From Chloroflexota bacterium (lineage in GTDB: Bacteria; Chloroflexota; Dormibacteria; CF-121): a stretch of 53,697 nt of DNA. Of this stretch, positions 8,916 to 16,904 are shown piece after piece. Numbering within the stretch: the stretch's first letter is position 1; each line of letters opens with the position of its first letter. The position numbers were made by a program, and so were the translations under genes. The notes under the pieces are model-generated. The model was not told the origin of the DNA and did no database searches. It was given only the letters and a program-made list of their open reading frames with translations. Location of the stretch: the NCBI GenBank assembly GCA_005880875.1, contig VBJI01000076.1, positions 1-53,697 of the forward strand, given 5' to 3'.

Positions 8916-9865
8916 CTGCCGACTCTGACCTCACGCAACCGGGGGTCGAGGTTTTGCTGCAGGAGGCGGATGCCCGCCTCGATGAGAAGAATCAAGCCGG
9001 CCAGGGCGACCACCGACGCGATCGCCACGTTGGCGTCGAACCTCACCACTTGTGTCGGGTAGTGCACCCCGATGGCAAAGAGCAGCTTCTGGCCCAGCCC
9101 TGGGTAGGCGAAGAAGAACTCCACGAGGGGCAGCGCGCCGATCATGAGTCGAACGGAATTCAGCCACGCCACCGAGATGCTCGCCGCGCCCGGCCGGAAG
9201 ATGTAGCGACGGCTGACCCGCGCCCAGCTCAGACCGCGAGCGCGGGCAGCCCGGACGTGGTCGGCCAACTCTTCGATGTCCAGCACGGCCCTTGCCTGGC
9301 GGAAGACATAAATGCCGGGCCGAATCGCCAGCACCAGGGCGGCCCAGAAGACGGAAAGGGGGGTGATCAACGCGTAGCCCCCACCGGTGGGGATGCCGGT
9401 GACCCCATAGATCTGGGCCTGGACTTGCTGCATGAAGATCGCCAGCAGAAACGTTGGCACCACCCACACCAGGCTGGCGAGGATGGCGAGGGCCGATAGC
9501 AATCGGTGTCGCTGTAGGGTCAGAAGAAATGCGAGCAGCAGTCCGCCTCCTGTTCCGAGCGCGAGACCCACGAGGATGAGCAAGAGGCTCGGAATGGCGG
9601 GCCCCAGGATGGAACGGGCCACCATCGCTGCCGACGGAACCGGGGCCGAGAATGCTGGCGGGAGTTCGATTGGCGCCGCGGCGTTTTTCGCGAGCGTGAC
9701 GAGGAACCAGCTGACCGCAATCACGCCGCTGGCCTGAAAGCACAAGCGGGCGAGATGCCGGGTAGTGGCCCAGACGCGCGCCGCCGGCGAGGTGATCAGA
9801 ACGATGACCGCGCCGGCGATCATCGCGATGAGTGCCACGTCAATCCAACTCATCAATCCAACCAA
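8912..9865 (-). CDS. ABC transporter permease (DppB/OppB-like)
   Basis: It has an EAA-like region (HVRAARARGLSWARVSRRYIFRPGAASI) and is polytopic. It overlaps the next permease by 4 nt. Confidence 0.85.
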   Translation of the reverse strand: MVGLMSWIDVALIAMIAGAVIVLITSPAARVWATTRHLARLCFQASGVIAVSWFLVTLAKNAAAPIELPPAFSAPVPSAAMVARSILGPAIPSLLLILVGLALGTGGGLLLAFLLTLQRHRLLSALAILASLVWVVPTFLLAIFMQQVQAQIYGVTGIPTGGGYALITPLSVFWAALVLAIRPGIYVFRQARAVLDIEELADHVRAARARGLSWARVSRRYIFRPGAASISVAWLNSVRLMIGALPLVEFFFAYPGLGQKLLFAIGVHYPTQVVRFDANVAIASVVALAGLILLIEAGIRLLQQNLDPRLREVRVGR

Positions 9866-9930
9866 TCCGCTCTGGCATCGCAGGATACGCCGAGCTGATG
9901 AGCGCCACCGGCCGCTAGCAGTCGGCGCTA

Positions 9931-10344
9931 ATGCTTCCTAATAAGCTCGCGGGCCGGCCAGTTCGGATCGTGCGGATGGGATTCCTCGCCGAGCTTTGGG
10001 AAAGCGTCCATCAAGCGGGCCGCTGGCCCGATCGGGACCTAGCCGGGCTAGCTGCGCGAGACATGATCGCTTTGCTCGAGATGGGCGAGTCACTCCCCCA
10101 AGCTGGGATGCAAATCCAGGTGCGTATCGCCGAGCTCCGTGGCTACGAGCAGGGCGACGTCGGGTGGGCAGATGGGAGTGCTACGTTCCAGCGCGGCCGT
10201 GAGTCGGTCGAGGTAAGAATGACGGCAGTCTTTGTGCGTGAGAAGGGCGATTGGCACATGGTTCAGAACCATGCGTCCATCGGCGTGCCCAACAACCACA
10301 CCTTCGACCCACTATTCGGGAGCATCCCCGCCGCTACGGGCTGA
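9931..10344 (+). CDS. Small SnoaL/NTF2-like (DUF4440-like) protein
   Basis: This is a weak call. The C-terminal pattern VRMTAVFVREKGDWHMVQNHASIG resembles NTF2-fold proteins. The start is uncertain; the internal ATG at MGFLAELW is also possible. Confidence 0.45.
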   Translation: MLPNKLAGRPVRIVRMGFLAELWESVHQAGRWPDRDLAGLAARDMIALLEMGESLPQAGMQIQVRIAELRGYEQGDVGWADGSATFQRGRESVEVRMTAVFVREKGDWHMVQNHASIGVPNNHTFDPLFGSIPAATG

Positions 10345-10512
10345 CCCGCCGCGTAACGTTTCAGGGGCGCTGACACCACCGACTTGGCGGCGGGTACGCA
10401 TAGGCTTCTGAATCGAGGTGGCATGTCCGACATGGTGTCATGTCATCTCTAACGACCCAGCGGCACGGTCATGTGCGGCCTGGCCCTGTCCCCGATCTGG
10501 GAGGTGTCTGAA

Positions 10513-10576
<64 letters not shown>

Positions 10577-10586
<10 letters not shown>

Positions 10587-10789
10587 TTGACAAGCCGGAT
10601 TTTAGCATCGCTTTTGCGGAGTTCCTGGCACATGGGCCACAGGACCCCGATCAATTCCGCCATCCGGCTCGCCGTCGTGGCGACCCGGGCGGCATCGAAT
10701 ACCTCGACCGCCTGGGTCTCATAGAGCCGGATCCACCCCCGATCCCACGGCTCCAGGTCGAGTTGCTGCCCGAGCCTGGCCTTGATCAA
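10577..10789 (-). CDS. Hypothetical small protein (doubtful)
   Basis: This 70-aa ORF has protein-like composition, but its 3' end runs through the putative tRNA promoter and 10 nt into the tRNA. It starts at a TTG. The frame stays open upstream to an AAGGAG at 10836-10841 with no canonical start after it. Confidence 0.25.
10599..10607 (-). promoter_or_regulatory. Extended -10 element (TGcTAAAAT) upstream of tRNA-Gly
   Basis: The minus strand reads ...gaTGcTAAAATccggcttgtcaa followed by the tRNA 5' end, so the -10 ends 12 nt before the mature 5' end. No good -35 is present. Confidence 0.45.
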
Positions 10790-10938
10790 GAGCAGCTGGC
10801 GGGCCAGGCCGGCTGGACCGCACGTGGTGATTGATCTCCTTCAATCGAGCCGGCAGGGCCGCCCTGACCGGCCGCGGCAGCGACCGAAAGAACCCGGCCG
10901 TCCGAACGAATCGCCGCTCGCGACGGGCCGGGGGCATG

Positions 10939-13437
10939 TCAGGCCGGACTGACGGCGGTCTTGACGAGCGCGCTGTACTGGTCGGCGAGCGCCCGCGCCT
11001 TGTCGGAGTCCTCCATGCTGACAATGATGTGGTACCGAGGCATGTCTGGATCGGGTAACACCAATACCCATCCCCCATCGACGAACACCTTGATCCCGTC
11101 CGCCAGGTCGACTGGCGCATCGCGGTGCATTTCCACCATCGTGCGCATGACCCGCCCTTTCGCATCCCATGGCACGGATTCGAGCCGGTGCTCGTAGGCC
11201 GCGCGCGGAATCTCCGCCCGCACCGCCGACACCGGCCGGCCTTCCTTGGCCAGCAGCTCGAGCAGCTTGATCAAGGTGAAGATGGCGTCAAACCCCAGCA
11301 GGTGCTCGGGAAAGACATAGCCGCCATTCGCATCGGAGCCCAGCCGGGCCTGATGCTGCTGCGCGGCACGCAGGAGGGCCGACGGCTCGCCCTTCCCGGG
11401 GACGAAATGCGAGCCGGGTTGCTGGCGCACCAGGGCGGCGATCGTCTGCGGCACGGTGGCCGGCGCCACCAGCACACCGGGTTTCGCCTTCAGGGCCAGG
11501 ATCGCCAGCACCCCGAGCGCCTCATGGTGGTCGAGCACCTCGCCTTTCTCATCGATCAAGAACACGCGCTCGGACCCGTAGTCGATGTAGGCTCCCAGGT
11601 TGCAGCCGAGGGTACGCGTGATCAGCGCCGATTGTCGCCGAGCCTCGTTGAAGGCCTCGTTCGTCTTCGATTGATAGATTTCGTCGAACCCGGCATTCAG
11701 CGGAATCGCCTCGATATTCAATTCCTTGAACAGCCGGGGCAAGACCAGCGACGCGCTGCCGTGATCGAAGTCGACCAGCACCTTGACATGCGCCTGACGG
11801 ACCGCCTCCACGTCCGTGAGGCTGATGAGCCCGTCGATGTACGAATCGATTGCGTCCTGCGGGTAACTGATGTCGCCCATCTCATAGAAATGGACTCGGC
11901 GGATATCTTCGCGAAAGAAGACGTTTTCCAGCTTTCGCTCCGCCTTCTTGTCGAGCACGACACCGTGGCTGTCGAACATCCGGATGTCGGCGGAGCGACT
12001 GTCGAGGGGCGACATCTGGATGTGCACGGCGCCACTAATTGGATGCTCGCGGGCGTAGTACTGCACCACGGGGATGGGCAGCTCGCTGAGGTCGATGATG
12101 GACGCGCCTGAGGACATCATCCCGGCGATCATCGCCCGCTTGATCATCCGGGATGGACGTTGGCCGTCGCGCGCCGCTCCAATCGCCGAACCCTTGGGAA
12201 AGAGCGCGGCAAAGGACGCGCCCAACCGGGCGCAATATTCCGGCGTCAGCTCGATGTTGACGAGACCGACCAACCCATAGGAGGAGAACAGTCCGCGTTT
12301 GTAATGCCCGGCCCAGATAATGCTCTCGTGGACGGTCGAGCCGGGCTCGATCTCCTTATCCGGCCAGATCTTGACGCCCGCGTCGATCGTGGTGCCCTCA
12401 CCGGCGACGACGTCATCGCCGATGACAGCGCCTTCCTCCAGCAGGCAATTGTTCTTGATGGTGACGTGCCGGCAGACGATGGCCTGGCGCAGCCGCGAAT
12501 TCTCGCCGATATAGGAATAGGTCCAGATGACGGAGTTGCTGATCTTCGTGTTCTCGTCGATCACGGAAAAGTTGCCGACGCACACCGGCCCGTTGATGAA
12601 GACCCCCGCCTTGAGCTTGCAATCGTTGCCGATGTACGCCGGACCGTTGATCCGGACGTCGTAGCCGATTTCGACGTTTTCACCGATCCAGATGCGACCG
12701 TCGCGACGCTCGCCCGGGATCTCGACGTCGACCCGACCTTCGAGCGCATCCCAGTTCGCTTGGTAGTAGGTCTGAATGTTGCCGATGTCGCACCAGTAGC
12801 CAGGCGCCAGGTAGCCGTACAGCGGCATCTTGTTGGCCAGCATCTTGGGAAAGACCTCACCGCTCCAATCCACCACCGTGGCGGGCGGCAACAGATCGAG
12901 GACCTCGGGCTCGATCACATAGATGCCGGTGTTGACCTGGTCGGAAAACACTTCGCCCCAGGACGGCTTCTCGAGAAAGCGGTTGATGGTCCCATCGGGA
13001 TTGGTGATCACCACCCCGTACTCGAGTGGGTTCGACACCGAGGTGAGGACGATCGTCGCGGATGCGCCCTTCTCCTTGTGGTAGGCCATCACCTTGCCCA
13101 GGTCGATATCGGTGAGGGCGTCGCCACTGATCACGATGAAGGGCTCGTCGAGGTATTCCTCGGCGTTCTTGACACTGCCGGCGGTGCCCAGTGGCGCATC
13201 CTCGACCACATAGGTGATGTCGACGCCGAAGTCTGAGCCGTCGCCGAAGTAGTCGCGGATCGCAGAGCCAAGGTACTGCAGGGTCACGACCACGTCGGTG
13301 ATGCCGTGGCTGCGGAGCAGTCGCAGGGTATGCTCCATCACCGGCTTGCCGACGACTGGCACCAGGGGTTTGGGCACGCCGCTGGTCAGCGGCCGCAGTC
13401 GTGAACCTTCGCCGCCGGCCATCACGACAGCCTTCAC
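10939..13437 (-). CDS. NDP-sugar pyrophosphorylase (NTP-transferase + left-handed beta-helix) fused to a phosphohexomutase-like C-terminal domain with degenerate catalytic motifs
   Basis: The N-terminus [28 protein letters not shown] carries the GGxGxRLxPLT motif. Residues ~250-370 are hexapeptide repeats. Residues ~385-832 align in order with the PGM/PMM domains I-IV. The GTG start forms a GTGA overlap with the galT-like stop. Confidence 0.85.
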   Translation of the reverse strand: MKAVVMAGGEGSRLRPLTSGVPKPLVPVVGKPVMEHTLRLLRSHGITDVVVTLQYLGSAIRDYFGDGSDFGVDITYVVEDAPLGTAGSVKNAEEYLDEPFIVISGDALTDIDLGKVMAYHKEKGASATIVLTSVSNPLEYGVVITNPDGTINRFLEKPSWGEVFSDQVNTGIYVIEPEVLDLLPPATVVDWSGEVFPKMLANKMPLYGYLAPGYWCDIGNIQTYYQANWDALEGRVDVEIPGERRDGRIWIGENVEIGYDVRINGPAYIGNDCKLKAGVFINGPVCVGNFSVIDENTKISNSVIWTYSYIGENSRLRQAIVCRHVTIKNNCLLEEGAVIGDDVVAGEGTTIDAGVKIWPDKEIEPGSTVHESIIWAGHYKRGLFSSYGLVGLVNIELTPEYCARLGASFAALFPKGSAIGAARDGQRPSRMIKRAMIAGMMSSGASIIDLSELPIPVVQYYAREHPISGAVHIQMSPLDSRSADIRMFDSHGVVLDKKAERKLENVFFREDIRRVHFYEMGDISYPQDAIDSYIDGLISLTDVEAVRQAHVKVLVDFDHGSASLVLPRLFKELNIEAIPLNAGFDEIYQSKTNEAFNEARRQSALITRTLGCNLGAYIDYGSERVFLIDEKGEVLDHHEALGVLAILALKAKPGVLVAPATVPQTIAALVRQQPGSHFVPGKGEPSALLRAAQQHQARLGSDANGGYVFPEHLLGFDAIFTLIKLLELLAKEGRPVSAVRAEIPRAAYEHRLESVPWDAKGRVMRTMVEMHRDAPVDLADGIKVFVDGGWVLVLPDPDMPRYHIIVSMEDSDKARALADQYSALVKTAVSPA

Positions 13438-14480
13438 CCGCTAGCCTCGCTTTGTACCGGCTGCGCAACAGCCTGGTTGATGCGTTCGCGCAGGAATGCG
13501 GCCGAGTCCTCCGGCTTGACGACGTTGATCCACATTCCCGTTCCCAGCTCGAAGCCGGCCGCGGTGCTCAGCTTCGGGATCAGTTCGAGGTGCCAGTGAT
13601 ACGGCTGGGCCGCACTGGTCCTCAGTGGCGCGCTGTGGATGAAGTAGTTGAACGGCGGATCGTTCAGGCCGTCGTAGACCGCCTTGAGCGTGAGCTGGAT
13701 CGCTTCGGCGAACGCGGGCTTCTCGCGCTTCAGGTCCAGGTCGCCGAAGCTGGCGGTGTGGCGACGCGGCATGATCCAGGTCTCGAAGGGCGTGCGCGCG
13801 GCGTACGGCGCGAACACGACGAAGGCCTCATTTTCGTAGACGACGCGAGCCCCGGCCCGGCGCTCATCCTCAAGGGTCCGGCAGAAGACACACTCGTGAT
13901 TGGATTGCCCGAAACGGCGGGCGCCCTCGAGCTCCTCGAGAACACTCGGCGGCTCCAGACCGATCGCGTAGAGCTGGGAATGCGGGTGCTCGAGCGAGGC
14001 ACCGGCGGGACGGCCGTGATTGTAAAGAATCAGGACGTGCTCGAGCGCGGGGTTCTCGTTGTGATGCCGGTAGCGATCAACGTAGGATTGCACGATTTCC
14101 TCCACCTGCAGCCGCGGCAACAACGGCGTCGGGGCCCGATGGTCGGGGCTCGAGATCAGCACCTCGCATGCGCCAAGCGCATCGCGCTGCCAGAAGCGGT
14201 CCTCGCGGTGCTCCTGTCCATCGGGTTCGAGGCGGAAGGCCGCATAGAGGTTCGGCACCACCCGGATCCACCAGCCCTCGCTATTCGGCGCCGTACCCGG
14301 CGCGCGATAGGCGAGCACCTCCGGCGGCGTCATCGACTCGTGGCCGGGACAGAACGGACAGACGTCGCGGGCCGCGACGTTTTCTTTAGCCGCCTGGGTA
14401 AACGAATCGGGCCGGCGGGCGCGCTCGGTCGCCACCGCTACCCATCGCCCGGTAATCAAATCTTGACGTAATTGGGGCAA
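13434..14480 (-). CDS. galT: Galactose-1-phosphate uridylyltransferase-family (GalT/HIT-like) nucleotidyltransferase
   Basis: It has the CPFCPGHE zinc motif and the active-site HPHSQL (HxHxQ). The TTG start has AGGAG 8 nt upstream. The substrate (UDP-Glc/Gal-1-P versus ADP-Glc phosphorylase-type) cannot be decided from sequence. Confidence 0.8.
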   Translation of the reverse strand: MPQLRQDLITGRWVAVATERARRPDSFTQAAKENVAARDVCPFCPGHESMTPPEVLAYRAPGTAPNSEGWWIRVVPNLYAAFRLEPDGQEHREDRFWQRDALGACEVLISSPDHRAPTPLLPRLQVEEIVQSYVDRYRHHNENPALEHVLILYNHGRPAGASLEHPHSQLYAIGLEPPSVLEELEGARRFGQSNHECVFCRTLEDERRAGARVVYENEAFVVFAPYAARTPFETWIMPRRHTASFGDLDLKREKPAFAEAIQLTLKAVYDGLNDPPFNYFIHSAPLRTSAAQPYHWHLELIPKLSTAAGFELGTGMWINVVKPEDSAAFLRERINQAVAQPVQSEASG

Positions 14481-14527
14481 TCCGCAAGCTCCTGAAGGCT
14501 AAACGCCCGACGCGTCCGAGAGTTTTC

Positions 14528-14556
14528 ATTATCGCTGGCGGGGACGACACGCCGAA
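14528..14556 (-). promoter_or_regulatory. Putative sigma70-type promoter for the galT-like gene (TTCGGC-17 nt-GATAAT)
   Basis: Read on the minus strand in the 82-nt gap between the MFS::amidohydrolase stop and the galT-like start. Confidence 0.3.
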
Positions 14557-14562
14557 CGCTTT

Positions 14563-16878
14563 CTATGCGAGTCGCTCGCCGGCCTTGAACACGGCCCACA
14601 CGCGCCAGAGAGCGCGTGGGTCGCTGAGCGGATCGCCATGCACCAGCACCAGGTCCGCCGGGTCGCCCGGCCGCAACCGCCCGGCATGATCGATGCCCAG
14701 CAGTTCACCGCCTCGCCAGGTGACCGCGGCCAGCGCCTCGTGCGGCTCCAGCCCGGCCTCGACCAGCAGCTCCACTTCCCAGGCGAGGTGTCCGGCACGC
14801 ACGGAGCCGCCGCCGAAGTCGGAGCCGGCCGCAATCCGAACGCCGGCGCGCCGCGCGGCCTTGACGGCCGCCAGTGCGCCTTCGCGCCTGGCGATGAGGC
14901 GGCGTTTACCCTCCTCGCTCGTGAAGCGCTCGATCCGCGTGGTTTGCTCGAATGTCGCCCAGCTCGCCAATACCGAAAGGGTCGATACCAGCGCAACGTC
15001 GTTGGCACGCATGGTCGCGGCAATCCCATCGTCGAGCTCCATCCCGTGCTCGATCGAATCAACGCCCGCCTCGGCGCCAACCCGCGCGCCGTCGAGAATG
15101 GTCGCGTGCGCCGTGATCTTCCGTCCCCGGCGGTGCACGGCCTCACAGGCCTTGCGGACGTCGTCGACCGTAAACGGGCAACGATCATCGGACCGGCCCG
15201 GTGGATCGAGCATGATCTTCACGAAGTCCGTCCCTGAATCCAGCTGCGCCACGGCCGCCGCGGCGAGATCGTCGCCGTCCTTCACCGCGACCGTCATCGG
15301 CAGGTAGCCGTCGGTCGCGATCCAGGTGCCGGCCACCCGAATGTAGGGCGCGCTCGCCTGAGCGGCGAGCTCCTGCCGCACATGCAGGCTGATCGCGAGA
15401 CCGTCGGGGCCGGATGGCGATCCGACGTCGCGGGCCCAGAGAATGCCGGCCTGCGTGAGCCGACCCGCATTTCGACGCGCCACCTCTCGCAACCGGTCCG
15501 GTGGATCCGATCCACGCTCGATCCAGTGGCTGCCGCCTGGCATGGTCAGGTGGCTATGGGCATCGACAAGCGCCGGCACGATGGTCGCGCCACCGCCATC
15601 GAGGGTCTCGGCACCGCCAGCATCCGCTTCCTCATTCGGCCGGATCCATGCGATGCGGCCGTTCTCGATCATCAGGCTCACGCCCAGCTGCAGCGTCGAC
15701 GCGTGACCGTCCGCCAGGCAGGCGATAGTCTGCACCAGGCCGATGCTGGTTCCGAGGATGCCACCGATAAAGGCGCCCAACGGAATCGTTCCCCAAACAA
15801 TCGTTCGCATGGTGGCGTTCATCCGGCCCTGGACCCGGTCGGGAGTGATCGCCTGTCGCAGGCTCACCTGCGCGATGTTGTAGATCGGGTTCGTGATACC
15901 CCCGATAAAACCGGTCACCGCCAGCACCACGACCGGCGCCGCGACCGCCGCGATCGGGGTCGCCAGCAAGGCCAGGCCGCCGATCACGATCGAGATTCCG
16001 AGGGTTGGTCCGATGCCCAGCCTTCGAGCAACCCAGGCGGCGATCAACGCCCCGGCAAGGCCGCCGACACTCGTGATCGCGAAGATCACACCGACGACGC
16101 CAGCCGACAGGTGCAGCTGGCGATAGGCGAACACCAGCAAGACGGCGCCGAAGATCATGTTCGAGCCGAGGTTGGTGGTGGCGGTGCAGCCGGCGATCCG
16201 CCACAGGATCGGGCTGCCAAAGACCACCTCGATCCCCTCTCGCATCTCGGGAATGAAACCGGTGGCGCCCGACGCGGTGCTCGGGCGCGGTTCAGGCTCG
16301 GGGGTCTTGATCAAGGCGAGCGCGAGCGCGGAAAAGAGGAACGAAACCGCGTCGACGGCGACGGCCTTCGCGCCCCCGATCAACTGGATAAGGAATCCTG
16401 CGACGGCCGGTCCCGCGACCTGCGCCGTCGACCGGGTGATTTCAAGCTTGGTGTTGCCTTCGATCAGGTTCGGCCGGTCCACCAGCACTGGGAGATACGA
16501 CTGATAGGAGACGTCGAAGAAGACCGTAAAGATGCCGGTCAACAGAGCCACGACGTACAGCTGCTCGAGGGTCAGCAGATTCAGGACGAACGCCAGCGGA
16601 ATCGATCCCAGGGCCAACATGCGACCGAGGTCACAGGCGATCATGATCGGCCGGCGCCGCAGTCGGTCGGCATAGACCCCCGCCACCAAACCCAGCGTCG
16701 GGAAGGCGAGAAACTCGAGCGCGGACAGCAGCCCCACCTGGAACGGACCCGCATGCAGGATCAGGATGGCGACCGTCGGCACGGCGAGCAAGGTGACCTG
16801 GCTGCCGAACACGCTGACCGTTTCGCCCGTCCACAGCTTCAGGAAATCGGCGTGACGCCACAGTTTGCCGCGAAACAT
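14563..16878 (-). CDS. MFS transporter (EntS/MFS_3-like) fused in frame to a COG1228-type metal-dependent amidohydrolase
   Basis: Residues 1-~388 are polytopic MFS (WRHADFLKLWTGETVSVFGSQVT..., DRLRRRPIMI). Residues ~400-771 begin LMIENGRIAWI...VPALVDAHSHL (HxH motif). They continue with ITAHA, SIEHG and AAGSDFGG, typical of imidazolonepropionase-like amidohydrolases. Confidence 0.8.
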   Translation of the reverse strand: MFRGKLWRHADFLKLWTGETVSVFGSQVTLLAVPTVAILILHAGPFQVGLLSALEFLAFPTLGLVAGVYADRLRRRPIMIACDLGRMLALGSIPLAFVLNLLTLEQLYVVALLTGIFTVFFDVSYQSYLPVLVDRPNLIEGNTKLEITRSTAQVAGPAVAGFLIQLIGGAKAVAVDAVSFLFSALALALIKTPEPEPRPSTASGATGFIPEMREGIEVVFGSPILWRIAGCTATTNLGSNMIFGAVLLVFAYRQLHLSAGVVGVIFAITSVGGLAGALIAAWVARRLGIGPTLGISIVIGGLALLATPIAAVAAPVVVLAVTGFIGGITNPIYNIAQVSLRQAITPDRVQGRMNATMRTIVWGTIPLGAFIGGILGTSIGLVQTIACLADGHASTLQLGVSLMIENGRIAWIRPNEEADAGGAETLDGGGATIVPALVDAHSHLTMPGGSHWIERGSDPPDRLREVARRNAGRLTQAGILWARDVGSPSGPDGLAISLHVRQELAAQASAPYIRVAGTWIATDGYLPMTVAVKDGDDLAAAAVAQLDSGTDFVKIMLDPPGRSDDRCPFTVDDVRKACEAVHRRGRKITAHATILDGARVGAEAGVDSIEHGMELDDGIAATMRANDVALVSTLSVLASWATFEQTTRIERFTSEEGKRRLIARREGALAAVKAARRAGVRIAAGSDFGGGSVRAGHLAWEVELLVEAGLEPHEALAAVTWRGGELLGIDHAGRLRPGDPADLVLVHGDPLSDPRALWRVWAVFKAGERLA

Positions 16879-16904
16879 TCGGCGATTCTATCGAGACGCT
16901 TTCA

